The position numbers and the translations under genes are program-made. A stretch of DNA of 50,934 nucleotides, taken from the NCBI GenBank assembly GCA_050011835.1, contig JBEKII010000005.1:1-50934 (forward strand), read 5' to 3'. The DNA is from Minisyncoccia bacterium. Lineage in GTDB: Bacteria > Patescibacteriota > Minisyncoccia > Phycocordibacterales > Phycocordibacteraceae. Under the pieces are notes generated by a model. That model saw only the letters and a list, made by a program, of their open reading frames with translations, was not told the DNA's origin and made no database searches. Positions 34,622 through 44,169 of the stretch are shown piece after piece (the stretch's first letter is position 1; each line of letters opens with the position of its first letter).

Positions 34622-35929
34622 TTATTGCTGGAGAAGAGCGCTTAAGGATTGCCCAGCGGAAACGAGCGCGGTTTCTAATGTGGAGCGGCCACTTATCACA
34701 TTTCCAATCATACCCGAAAACACGGAGTCAGTATCGGCAGGCGCTGGGGACAACCATCCTTTGGCGTAAAGTGCTCCGGCGTAAGCAGCCGCAGCGGTCG
34801 GATCAGTGGGCACAGTCGCGAGTTCGTTTAAGACCGCAGGCGCGAGGCTGGTCGCGGAGACGGCGGCTTCTTGTTCGGCCGCATTAGTGAGAAGCGCCGC
34901 GGCCTGATAGGCGCCGGCGGTATTCTTCGCTCCGACAGGTATCATAAGCGCATAAACGAGACCGTAGGTGCTCTTCACGGTGGCGGTCGCTGGTTGTGGC
35001 AGAGGCGCGACGCCAAAATCAAGATTTGGATTTGCTGTCGCGAGATACCGCGCTTCAGAGGCGTAGCCGAGATAGAGTGCGAGGTCGCCCGCGAGAAACG
35101 CTTGCTCCGAGTCCGGCAGCAAGGCGTTCCAGGTGTATGAGATTTTTGAAGGGTCGGCGAATTGAGTGTAGAAGCCGATAACTTCCTGGCCGGGCGATGT
35201 GCCGTTGCTGAAGTTCTCGCCGAGGTCAGCAGAAAGAAGCCCCGTGGAGGAAGAATAGGAAGAAATGGGAACGCCGGTCTGGATAAAAAGCGCAGAAAGA
35301 ATTCCGCGCGCATCGTGCACGTTGTCATAGGTGCCGAATGCGATGAGTCCGCGAGTAATCTGTCGCGCAGATGTCAGAATCGCCACATTCGGTACAAGTC
35401 CGGCCAATGCTTCCCATGTAGCTGGCGGCTTCGCGATGCCGTCGGAGGAAAGGATCGTGCGGTTTGAAAATAATACGAGCGGATCAACAAGGAACGGTAT
35501 GCCGTAGTAACCGTTGGCGGCCGCGAAAAGTCCCCCTTCTCCGACGAACGTGCTTGAAAAAGTGGATGCGGGGAGTGTCGCGGATGGTATCGGCGTGATA
35601 AATTTCGCGAGCGAAAGAAGCTCTTCCTGCGAAGCAAGAACGAGATTTGGTGCGGCGCCGGTCGCTATCGCGGCGGAGAGATCATTCGGAAGCGTCGCGG
35701 GATCTTTTTGTACATACGAAACATCTTTGAGGGACGTGTCGGCCTTTGCGATGGCAGTGAGTGCGGTATCCATATCTGCCTTAGGGAGCGTACCCCAAAT
35801 CACAACCGTACCGACCGCATTCTTGCCGCTGTTATTGCTATTGGTGTGCGTCGCGAAAACAAATAAGCCGACAAGCGCGGCAACGCCGAACACGCCGAAC
35901 AAGATGCCTTGAAAGAGAGAAATTTTCAT
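34622..35929 (-). CDS. Membrane-anchored extracellular solute-binding-like protein (SBP family 1-like)
   Basis: N-terminal TM anchor. YYGIPFLVDPLVLFSNRTIL...PPATWEAL resembles the sugar-type SBP signature region. No ABC permease or ATPase is adjacent. Confidence 0.55.
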   Translation of the reverse strand: MKISLFQGILFGVFGVAALVGLFVFATHTNSNNSGKNAVGTVVIWGTLPKADMDTALTAIAKADTSLKDVSYVQKDPATLPNDLSAAIATGAAPNLVLASQEELLSLAKFITPIPSATLPASTFSSTFVGEGGLFAAANGYYGIPFLVDPLVLFSNRTILSSDGIAKPPATWEALAGLVPNVAILTSARQITRGLIAFGTYDNVHDARGILSALFIQTGVPISSYSSSTGLLSADLGENFSNGTSPGQEVIGFYTQFADPSKISYTWNALLPDSEQAFLAGDLALYLGYASEARYLATANPNLDFGVAPLPQPATATVKSTYGLVYALMIPVGAKNTAGAYQAAALLTNAAEQEAAVSATSLAPAVLNELATVPTDPTAAAAYAGALYAKGWLSPAPADTDSVFSGMIGNVISGRSTLETALVSAGQSLSALLQQ

Positions 35930-35932
35930 ATG

Positions 35933-36469
35933 TCAGGGTGCAGTAAAAATAATCCCGTAATGGTGCGGCCCCGCACGAAACGATTTCACTTTATGAAAAC
36001 CGCCATTGATAAAAAAAGCTTCGGCGTCGTGTTCGGTTACCACCTTCCCTGGAAGAGGACCCATGCCGCCATAACTGCCCGCCCAATCAACGAGCATAAG
36101 CTTGCCACCCGATTTCAGAACGCGCCTTATCTCTCCTAGAAGACCGTAACGATTCTCAATTTGGAAGAGCGTATTGGCGAGGATAATAGCATCAAGCGAT
36201 GCATCGCGCAGATGCGAGCCGCCTAACTTCTCAATGTCGCCCCAAATCGTATCAATAATGCTGTGATGCGTCAGGTGCATGTTGAGCTTCAAGTGCTTGA
36301 GAATGTTTTCTTGCACATCAATCGCGTACACTTTCCCGCTCTGCCCCACGATAGCCGACGCCGCGCGCGCATAATGGCCCGTGCCGGCACCGAAGTCGCC
36401 GACTTTCATGCCTTCGCGCAATCCGAGTTGCAGTACATTCTCTCGCGGCTCGCTGAACGTTGACGCCAT
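35933..36469 (-). CDS. Class I SAM-dependent methyltransferase
   Basis: Motif I VGDFGAGTGHYA, post-I YAIDV and motif II-like AIILANTL. The start was trimmed to MASTFSEP at 36469. Confidence 0.8.
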   Translation of the reverse strand: MASTFSEPRENVLQLGLREGMKVGDFGAGTGHYARAASAIVGQSGKVYAIDVQENILKHLKLNMHLTHHSIIDTIWGDIEKLGGSHLRDASLDAIILANTLFQIENRYGLLGEIRRVLKSGGKLMLVDWAGSYGGMGPLPGKVVTEHDAEAFFINGGFHKVKSFRAGPHHYGIIFTAP

Positions 36470-36532
36470 ACCTATAAAATAGCACGCGCCCCCCTCCGGA
36501 GGACGCGCAATCAACAGTGGTACACTGAAAAA

Positions 36533-36976
36533 ATGCTTGTCATTCTTGAGCGAGCTACCGCCAAAGACGTTGATACATTTATAAACATCGAACGGAGTGT
36601 CGATGGTTCGTCTATCTATTCAGCGATGACAAATCGAGATGAAACGCTCGCGGAAATCGAGAAAAATTTCGTATATCTCATACGCGAAAGCGGCCACATT
36701 GTTGGGAGTGTTATGTATGAAATGAAGACGCCAGATCACGCCCACATCAGCGGCCTCGCTATTTATCCTGATTTCCAAAATTGCGGCATCGGAAAAGCCG
36801 CGATGGTAAAAATACTTGAGGAACTGAAAAACGTACCGATTATTGACCTCGTCACACACCCCAATAATCAATACGCGATAAAATTATACAAATCGCTCGG
36901 CTTCACTCTCGGTAAACGCGTTGAAAATTATTTCGGCGACGGCGAACCGCGTGTCGTAATAATACTCAATCGCTAA
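36533..36976 (+). CDS. GNAT-family N-acetyltransferase
   Basis: 147 aa with acetyl-CoA motif QNCGIGKAAM and C-terminal YKSLGF. Confidence 0.8.
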   Translation: MLVILERATAKDVDTFINIERSVDGSSIYSAMTNRDETLAEIEKNFVYLIRESGHIVGSVMYEMKTPDHAHISGLAIYPDFQNCGIGKAAMVKILEELKNVPIIDLVTHPNNQYAIKLYKSLGFTLGKRVENYFGDGEPRVVIILNR

Positions 36977-37048
36977 AACTGCTTATTAAGGTCAAGCTTT
37001 TTAATTTGAGGCGCGAAACCGCGCAATCAACAGAATAAAAAGAGAAGA

Positions 37049-37083
37049 CCGCGAGGGGCAGAAGAGCAAATGTCCCCCCGCGG
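37049..37083 (-). terminator. Rho-independent terminator downstream of gyrA
   Basis: CCGCGAGGGG / CCCCCCGCGG stem (9 bp plus one mismatch) followed on the minus strand by UCUUCUCUUUUUAUUCUG. Confidence 0.6.
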
Positions 37084-37202
37084 CTAGCCGCCGTGTCCAC
37101 CACAGAGTTTCCCGCTCATTCCCCCCCCCATAGCAAGGAGAAAAGAACTTTCGTTGCTCTATGTGTTAAACCAAAGGACACGGCTAAGCTATCAAAAGAA
37201 TA

Positions 37203-39725
37203 TCACAACGCCACCATGCTGGCAATACTGTCGCCAGGATAAAGGCGCATGACGCGAACGCCTTGGGTTGCGCGGGAAAGCGAAGGAATTTCAGTAACGT
37301 TGGTGCGGATTACCTGTCCTTTTTTAGAGATCACGACAAGTTCTTCTTCAAAGTCGCCCTTAAACGCCTCTGCGGCGTTGGGCGAACCGCCTTTGGCGGT
37401 TTTAGCCATGACAACTTTCGCACCGATAATCTCGCCTGTCTTCGGCGTTACCTGCGCGGTCTTGACGCCCGAGCCGCCGCGGCCCTGAATTTTATATTCA
37501 GAAAGCTTCGTGCGCTTGCCGTAGCCCTTGCTCATGATGACAAGGAGTGACGCGTCCCTCGATTCGCTCGGGATGACTTCGGCGGAAACCACCTTGTCGC
37601 CTTTTCTCACTCTCATGCCGCGCACGCCGCCGGCTGTGCGGCCCATCTCGCGCACGTCCTCGGCTTCAAAACGAATTGACTGCCCTTTCGCCGTTACGAT
37701 AGATACGGTATCGCCTTCGGAGGCATGATGTGCCGAAACAAGTTTGTCGCCCTTTTTCAGATTAATCGCGATGATGCCCGAGCGCCGCACATCAGAAAAT
37801 AATTTTGCCGCGGCCCGCTTCACCGAACCCGCCTCGGTCACAAGAACGACCGACGAGGCGTCAAGGGCCGCGCCCTTGCGCACCGGCAGAATGGAAGTCA
37901 CCTTCTCATCGGCCGCGAGCGAAAGAAAATTCATAATGCTCTTGCCTTTTGTCGCACGCTTGCCTTCGGGAATCTCATACATCTTGAGCTGATACACCTT
38001 TCCGAAATCGGTGAAGAAAAGCAGGTCGCTATGCGCGCTCGCGACGAGGAAATGCGTTACGACGTCTTCTTCCTTCGTCGCGATGTCCACGACACCGACG
38101 CCACCGCGTTTCTGGCTCTTATATTCATTCGGATTCGTCCGCTTCACGTAGCCGCCTTGAGTGAGAAGCAGCATTGATTCTTCGTCCGGCACGAGGTCCT
38201 CCGCAGAGATATTTTGCACGCCGCCTTTTATTATTTTCGTGCGGCGGTCATCGCCATACTTTTCCGCAAGTTCTTTCAGCTCCGTTTTTACTACCGCGAG
38301 GATATTTTTGAGCGAAGAAAGAATGTCTTTCAGTCTTTTGATGAGCGCTTGCACCTCGGCGAGTTCGTCTTCAATCTTTTTGCGTTCAAGGCCAGCGAGC
38401 TTGGAAAGCCGCATTTCCAGAATCGCCGTTGCTTGCCGCTCGGAGAAGCCGAATTTATTTTGAAGCGCGACACTTGCGGAGGGAACGTCCGCCGCTTTCT
38501 TGATGAGCGCGATAACCTCGTCAATATGGTCAAGCGCTTTACAGAGGCCAAGGAGAATATGCTCGCGTTCTTCCGCCTTTCGCACATCGTACTCGGTACG
38601 GCGCTTTACCACCTCCTGACGATGGTGGACAAAGTGTCCGAGCATGCCGACGAGAGACAGCATTTCCGGCACGCCATCCACCAGCGCAAGCATGTTGTAA
38701 TGAAAGATGCTTTCCAGTTCGGTGTGTTTATACAAAGCATTAAGAACCGCTTGCGGATGCGCGGTGTTCTTAAGCTCAACAACGATACGAATGTCTGACG
38801 TTGATTCGTCACGTAAATCGCGAATGCCTTCAAGTTTTTTCTCCTGCACCAAGTCCGCGATATGCGCGATGAGTTCGCTTTTATTCACCCGATACGGAAT
38901 TGACGTGATGATAATGGAAGAATCTTTCTTACCATCATCCACAATCTCCGCCTCGCCGCGCACGACTACCGGCCCCTTGCCCGAGCTGTAGGCATGTTTA
39001 ATGTCCGTATGATTAAACGCGACGCCCCCGAGTGGAAAGTCGGGACCTTTCACGAATTGGAGAAGGTCGTCCGTCGTCGCGTCAGGATTTTCAATAAGAT
39101 GAATGGCCGCGGAAACGACTTCGCGGAGATTGTGCGGCGGGATATTAGTCGCCATTCCGACGGCGATGCCGAGCGTGCCGTTAAGAAGTAAGTTCGGCAG
39201 TGCGGAAGGAAGGACGCTCGGCTCCTCGCGTGTCGCATCGTAATTCGGATTCCATAGCACGGTTTCTTTTTCAAGGTCGGCGAGAAGCGTCTCCGCGATA
39301 CGCGAGAGCTTCGCTTCGGTATAACGCATCGCGGCCGGAGAGTCGCCATCAATAGAGCCGAAATTCCCCTGCCCGAGCACGAGCGGATAGCGATAAGAAA
39401 ATTCCTGTGCCATTTTTGCCATCGCATCATAAACGGCGATGTCGCCGTGCGGATGATACTTGCCGAGCACGTCACCGACAACCAGGGCGCTTTTGCGAAA
39501 TTTCGCGCCGGACGCAAGTCCCAATTCCTTCATCGCGTAGAGAATGCGGCGGTGCACGGGCTTCAGCCCGTCACGCACATCCGGCAGGGCGCGGCTCGTA
39601 ATTACCGACATCGCATAATCGAGATACGATGTACGCATTTCTGCGACGATCGGCTGATTAATGACGTTCGCCACATTCGCTACTTGGTTCTCCTTGTCCT
39701 CTTTCCCGCGCGCCATGATAATCAA
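37203..39725 (-). CDS. gyrA: DNA gyrase subunit A
   Basis: [14 protein letters not shown], the active-site Tyr context [10 protein letters not shown] and C-terminal beta-pinwheel repeats. The start may be ATG 39716. Confidence 0.95.
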   Translation of the reverse strand: MIIMARGKEDKENQVANVANVINQPIVAEMRTSYLDYAMSVITSRALPDVRDGLKPVHRRILYAMKELGLASGAKFRKSALVVGDVLGKYHPHGDIAVYDAMAKMAQEFSYRYPLVLGQGNFGSIDGDSPAAMRYTEAKLSRIAETLLADLEKETVLWNPNYDATREEPSVLPSALPNLLLNGTLGIAVGMATNIPPHNLREVVSAAIHLIENPDATTDDLLQFVKGPDFPLGGVAFNHTDIKHAYSSGKGPVVVRGEAEIVDDGKKDSSIIITSIPYRVNKSELIAHIADLVQEKKLEGIRDLRDESTSDIRIVVELKNTAHPQAVLNALYKHTELESIFHYNMLALVDGVPEMLSLVGMLGHFVHHRQEVVKRRTEYDVRKAEEREHILLGLCKALDHIDEVIALIKKAADVPSASVALQNKFGFSERQATAILEMRLSKLAGLERKKIEDELAEVQALIKRLKDILSSLKNILAVVKTELKELAEKYGDDRRTKIIKGGVQNISAEDLVPDEESMLLLTQGGYVKRTNPNEYKSQKRGGVGVVDIATKEEDVVTHFLVASAHSDLLFFTDFGKVYQLKMYEIPEGKRATKGKSIMNFLSLAADEKVTSILPVRKGAALDASSVVLVTEAGSVKRAAAKLFSDVRRSGIIAINLKKGDKLVSAHHASEGDTVSIVTAKGQSIRFEAEDVREMGRTAGGVRGMRVRKGDKVVSAEVIPSESRDASLLVIMSKGYGKRTKLSEYKIQGRGGSGVKTAQVTPKTGEIIGAKVVMAKTAKGGSPNAAEAFKGDFEEELVVISKKGQVIRTNVTEIPSLSRATQGVRVMRLYPGDSIASMVAL

Positions 39726-39733
39726 TTATGTAA

Positions 39734-40075
39734 TTAGAAAGGTATCGTCGTTTGCTCGGCTTTATTGCTCTCGGATGTTGACGCGGCCGTGGTGATGATT
39801 TCAATATGCGCCGGCGTGTTCGCCGAGGGGAGCGCGGCGGCGGCACCTGCGATATTCTGGTTCTGGTTTTCTGTTGTGGTTATGACCGGCGACGATTCCG
39901 TACTCTCGGCAAATGTGCTTCCTCGGATAGCGAATGCGCCGGAGGAAAAACTGCCGACGAGCCACACGAGCGCAATGAGCGCGGTTATGCCGGTGGTGGC
40001 GGCGAATGCAATCCGCTTTCGGATGTGGTGCGGTTTCTCTTTCGCGTTTTTAATATGTTCAAAAATGGTTTTCAT
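39734..40075 (-). CDS. Hypothetical membrane-anchored protein
   Basis: 113 aa with a single TM after a basic N-terminus and a T/S/A-rich tail. It ends 9 nt before the gyrA start. Confidence 0.5.
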   Translation of the reverse strand: MKTIFEHIKNAKEKPHHIRKRIAFAATTGITALIALVWLVGSFSSGAFAIRGSTFAESTESSPVITTTENQNQNIAGAAAALPSANTPAHIEIITTAASTSESNKAEQTTIPF

Positions 40076-40080
40076 GAGAG

Positions 40081-40722
40081 TTACGGAGTTAATACCAGTA
40101 TACTCCCGTCGCGGTCAATCAAGTCCTTCTTCTTCAAGGTGAGTTTATCTACTTTTTCGCTGCCGTTCCCCGCTTCTTTTAAAAATGCGTCAAGCGCTTT
40201 AGATTGCCCGATGCCACTCCAGTGCATCGGGATGAGTATCTTCGGTTCAAGCGATACCGCGAGCTCGTGCGCGGCAACGGGTGTGAGGACACCGTTTCCT
40301 CCGATTGGCACGAAGAGTACGTCTATCTCACCAATATTTTCGCGCGCTTCCTTTGAAAGTTCCGTATCAGAGAGTGCGCCTAAATGTACGAGCGTCATGT
40401 CTTCAAGCTCAACACTATAAATCGTATTAATGGCTTCGGTTTCGTCTTTTGCAAGACCATATTTGCTCTTCGAAAGAAATCCCTGGACAACTATGCCCTG
40501 CCGCTCGTACTCGCCCGGACCGGTGATGGCGAAGGGTTTCTTGTCGCCGTACGTTATTTCTTCAACGCCATTCATATCCGGATGGTCGCGCGAAACGAGC
40601 GCGATGTCCGCACCGAAGCGCACCGCGGGCAAAGTTGACCTCTTACTGATAGGGTCAAAAACGAGCGTGAGGTCGCCAAAAGTGACCTTAAAACACTGCC
40701 CGCCATGGTGCGTGATGACCAT
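40081..40722 (-). CDS. Metallo-beta-lactamase-fold hydrolase (UPF0173-like)
   Basis: 213 aa. The N-terminal ITHHGGQCF pattern, internal histidines and size fit the UPF0173 family. Confidence 0.75.
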   Translation of the reverse strand: MVITHHGGQCFKVTFGDLTLVFDPISKRSTLPAVRFGADIALVSRDHPDMNGVEEITYGDKKPFAITGPGEYERQGIVVQGFLSKSKYGLAKDETEAINTIYSVELEDMTLVHLGALSDTELSKEARENIGEIDVLFVPIGGNGVLTPVAAHELAVSLEPKILIPMHWSGIGQSKALDAFLKEAGNGSEKVDKLTLKKKDLIDRDGSILVLTP

Positions 40723-40781
40723 AGAATGCCTTTATTTTAGCACAAAACTCGCTTATCCACAAAGGCTCGTATTATAAACTA

Positions 40782-40810
40782 TTGCGAATGAGGCCGGTTT
40801 TTGATATATT
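40782..40810 (+). promoter_or_regulatory. Sigma-70-like promoter (TTGCGA-N17-TATATT)
   Basis: Near-consensus hexamers with 17-nt spacing, read directly from the sequence. Confidence 0.45.
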
Positions 40811-40972
40811 TTCAAGTGGACGTGTTTCTGAACAACGGTTGTTCAGCGTCTTCTTTACTTTTACTAACCCATACTTACACCCAAAGCACCCAAAGGAGGG
40901 TAGGTATCGTTATGAAGAAGACTTTCAGCTCCACCTGACAACATCCAGTGAAAAAAGAATTGTTCGAAGAAG

Positions 40973-41009
40973 GGGGCCCTGTTGTTTTTGGCAGGGCCCT
41001 TTTTATTTT
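40973..41009 (+). terminator. Rho-independent terminator
   Basis: GGGGCCCTG / CAGGGCCCT 9-bp GC-rich stem with a 10-nt loop, then TTTTATTTT. Confidence 0.7.
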
Positions 41010-41120
41010 ATCTATTCTTTGCTATACTTTGCCCATTGCGTGCAAGAGAAGTAGGAATCGGCTAACCCTCGCCGCCGGAAGGCGCGAGTACCGGCTTTGA
41101 AAATCTGCACCGTTTTGTAA

Positions 41121-42245
41121 ATGTCCGAGAAAAAATCAAACGAGAAAACCGCCCCGAAACCGACTATTCATCTTGAAAAGGGTCATCCAATGGCGGATGT
41201 GATTGATACTATCCCGATGCCGCCGTCTACCGGCGATCTCGTTGAAGGCACGATTATCGCCATTAACCGCGGTCGCGTGTATGTTGATCTGCCGCCGTTT
41301 GGCACCGGCATCATTTATGGCCGCGAATACCTGAATGCCGCCGACGTATTGCGCAAGGCGAACCAGGGCGACACCATCAGCGCAAAAGTTATTGACCCCG
41401 CCGGTCGCGATGGATATATTGAACTTTCTCTCAAAGAGGCGCGTCAAGCGGCCATTTGGGGCGAAGCAGAACAAGCTATCGTCGCTCAAACGCCGTACAC
41501 GCTCACGGTTGAAGAAGCGAATAAAGGCGGGCTCATTCTCTCCTGGCAGGGCATCTCCGGATTTCTCCCTGCCTCGCAGCTTTCTAAAGAACATTATCCG
41601 CGCGTGCCGGAGGGCGACAAAGAAAAGATTCTTGGCGAACTAATGCAACTAGTTGGTCACCCGCTCTCGGTGCGCATTATTACCGCCGACGCGAAGGAAG
41701 GAAAACTTATTTTTTCAGAGCGCAGCGAAAACGAAGCAGAAGAAAAGGCATCGCTTATAGACAAGTACCAAATCGGCGATGTCGCCGACGGCGAAGTGAC
41801 GGGTGTCGTTGACTTCGGCGTTTTCGTGAAGCTGGAGCAAGGGCTTGAGGGTCTTGTGCATATTAGCGAGCTTGATTGGGGACTCGTTGAGAATCCGCAT
41901 ACGCTCTTTAAAGTTGGTGACGCGGTGAAAGTGAAAATTATTGAAATAAAGGACGGCAAGATATCGCTCTCCGTAAAGGCGTTGAAAGAAAATCCGTGGC
42001 ATACCGCCGCACAGCGCTATGCGAAGGATATGGAAGTTCCGGGCGTCATCATCAAATACAACAAGCACGGCGCGCTCGCTTCCATTGAGGAAGGAGTCGC
42101 CGGACTCGTACACGTAAGCGAATTTGAATCACCTGCGGCACTCCGCGAAACATTAGAGCTCGGTAAGACATATCCCTTCACCATCTCTCTCTTTGAACCG
42201 AAGGAACAGCGCATGACGCTGACGTATACGGGGAAAAAGAAATAG
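41121..42245 (+). CDS. rpsA: 30S ribosomal protein S1 (four S1 domains)
   Basis: 374 aa with repeated S1/OB motifs (G..V.G.V......G..V.L..G..G..H.SE). Confidence 0.85.
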   Translation: MSEKKSNEKTAPKPTIHLEKGHPMADVIDTIPMPPSTGDLVEGTIIAINRGRVYVDLPPFGTGIIYGREYLNAADVLRKANQGDTISAKVIDPAGRDGYIELSLKEARQAAIWGEAEQAIVAQTPYTLTVEEANKGGLILSWQGISGFLPASQLSKEHYPRVPEGDKEKILGELMQLVGHPLSVRIITADAKEGKLIFSERSENEAEEKASLIDKYQIGDVADGEVTGVVDFGVFVKLEQGLEGLVHISELDWGLVENPHTLFKVGDAVKVKIIEIKDGKISLSVKALKENPWHTAAQRYAKDMEVPGVIIKYNKHGALASIEEGVAGLVHVSEFESPAALRETLELGKTYPFTISLFEPKEQRMTLTYTGKKK

Positions 42246-42353
42246 AGATTCCGCACGAGTAAAAGAATTGACGTAATTAATAATATGTTATAAACTTTTA
42301 ACAGGAAGTACATTTGTGCTATATCCAAATTCAACACCGAAGGGAGAATTCTT

Positions 42354-42962
42354 ATGAAAACAATCGCTGTGATTCATGGTGGAGATGAGTTCCCGACATA
42401 CGAAGCGTATCTTCTGTTCCTTAGGAACTTTAAAGTTGAAAGTGTTGACTATTTCAAGGAAAGAAAGGATTGGAAGACGAACCTGCAAGCGGCTCTTGGC
42501 AATGAATATGAAGAATGCAATGTGCTTCTCCCTCAGATGCCAAATAAGAAGTACGCCAAATATCAGGAGTGGAAGATTTGGTTTGAGAAGTTATTTCCCT
42601 TCCTCAACGACAAGGTAATTCTCATTGGACATTCCCTAGGCGCGAGCTTTCTTGCCAAGTATCTCTCCGAAGAGCGATTCCCGAAAAAGATTTTGGCAAC
42701 GTTCCTTGTCGCTGGCCCTTATGATACAGATGATACTGGGCGATTAGTGGAATTCGCTCTCCCCGGTTCGCTCGCGCTGTTTGAACAGCAGGGCGGGAAG
42801 ATTTTTCTCTATCACAGCAAAGATGATCCTTTTGTTCGCTTCTCCGAATTCGCCAAATATCAAAAAGCACTGCCACGAGCGAAGGTTAGTATCTTTAAGG
42901 ATCGTAAGCATTTCAATCAAGAGAGCTTTCCGGAACTTGTCACCGATATACAAAGCCTTTGA
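42354..42962 (+). CDS. Alpha/beta serine hydrolase (YdeN/RBBP9-like)
   Basis: Nucleophile elbow GHSLGA, a later HSKDDPFV motif and a C-terminal H. SD GAAGGGAG is upstream. Confidence 0.7.
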   Translation: MKTIAVIHGGDEFPTYEAYLLFLRNFKVESVDYFKERKDWKTNLQAALGNEYEECNVLLPQMPNKKYAKYQEWKIWFEKLFPFLNDKVILIGHSLGASFLAKYLSEERFPKKILATFLVAGPYDTDDTGRLVEFALPGSLALFEQQGGKIFLYHSKDDPFVRFSEFAKYQKALPRAKVSIFKDRKHFNQESFPELVTDIQSL

Positions 42963-42974
42963 CCAGAGATGCGA

Positions 42975-43013
42975 GGGGCGCTCTTTTTAACAAGAACGCC
43001 CCCTTATTTTTTT
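42975..43013 (+). terminator. Rho-independent terminator
   Basis: GGGGCG / CGCCCC stem with a 16-nt loop, then TTATTTTTTT. Confidence 0.5.
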
Positions 43014-43047
43014 GAATCATTCGGTGGTGTCTAATAGCCAAATCGAG

Positions 43048-43536
43048 TCAGAAAATTTCTTCTACAGTGCAACGATTTTTGGACCCGGCGATGTTCAGTT
43101 CACATAAATCACCGATTTTTAAACCGAGGAGTTGTTTGCCGAGAGGAGAATCGGGAGTGAGTGTGAAAACAGAGACGTTTCCATCTTTAGCTACAATGCC
43201 GCCGCCTACGGGAGATAGGACGTAGAATTTTTCTTCTCCCGTCTTAGATACGAGTTTAACGATACTGCCAATTTTGATTGTTGTGCTCGGGTTTAAATTA
43301 GAAGTATTCGCAAACAGTGTGTTTATTTGGTTAATTCCGCTTCGATATTTTGAAATCCTCAATTCTTGGGCTTCAACTTCATATTGGGCTTCCTCTTTAA
43401 AAGTATCGTAACGCGATTCCATTCTTCCGACGTGCGAATTCGCTTCTTTCTGCGCCGCATCGCGCTCGTGCTCCGCTTTTTTCTGTGCATCCTGTAAACT
43501 CGCAACAATTTGATTGAAGAGAGATTGTTTATCCAT
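43048..43536 (-). CDS. greA: Transcription elongation factor GreA-family protein
   Basis: N-terminal coiled coil plus a C-terminal FKBP-like domain (IGSIVKL...SPLGKQLLGLKIGD). Confidence 0.7.
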   Translation of the reverse strand: MDKQSLFNQIVASLQDAQKKAEHERDAAQKEANSHVGRMESRYDTFKEEAQYEVEAQELRISKYRSGINQINTLFANTSNLNPSTTIKIGSIVKLVSKTGEEKFYVLSPVGGGIVAKDGNVSVFTLTPDSPLGKQLLGLKIGDLCELNIAGSKNRCTVEEIF

Positions 43537-44135
43537 TATGAACGCGTGTTCGCAAATTGCATCGCGGGCGCAATGCCCTCACTCACAAAAAGGCGCACGG
43601 TTTCGGCAACTTTTTTCAAAACCTTTTTAAAGACCGCTTCTTCGCTCGGCTTCCATTTGCCGATGACATATTTGATAACTTTTTCTTCACCCTCAACTTT
43701 TTTCGCTTGATTCTTTTTCCCTATTGCCGACGTGCCGATGCGGATGCGCGTGAAATTCTGCGTCTTCACCGCGCGCATCACGCTTTCCACGCCCTTATGT
43801 CCGCCGCTCCCGCGCCCGAACACCATTTTTATAGTCCCGAGGGGAAGGTCGATGTCATCGTGAACAACCAAAAGATTTTTCGCCGCCTTTGGCGACTTCA
43901 TGAATGCGACAACGGCCTTCCCAGAGTTATTCATCATCGTTTCCGGCAGAACAAGAACCGCACTCTCTCCTCCGATAGCGCCCTTGACGACAAGCGCATT
44001 CGCCTTTTTATTAAAAACAAATTCATCAAGGCCCTCTTGCTTTGCGATAAGCGCGACAGCGTTCCTCCCCGCGTTGTGTCGCGTTTTTTCATACTCCTTC
44101 CCCGGATTCCCAAGCCCAATAATGACAAAAGCCAT
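43536..44135 (-). CDS. pth: Peptidyl-tRNA hydrolase
   Basis: ORF trimmed to MAFVIIGLGNPGKEYEKTRHNAG at 44135. It has the canonical Pth N-terminal motif and overlaps the greA start by 1 nt. Confidence 0.9.
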   Translation of the reverse strand: MAFVIIGLGNPGKEYEKTRHNAGRNAVALIAKQEGLDEFVFNKKANALVVKGAIGGESAVLVLPETMMNNSGKAVVAFMKSPKAAKNLLVVHDDIDLPLGTIKMVFGRGSGGHKGVESVMRAVKTQNFTRIRIGTSAIGKKNQAKKVEGEEKVIKYVIGKWKPSEEAVFKKVLKKVAETVRLFVSEGIAPAMQFANTRS

Positions 44136-44169
44136 GCACGTATGGTAGCAGAAAACTTGCGCGACGCGA

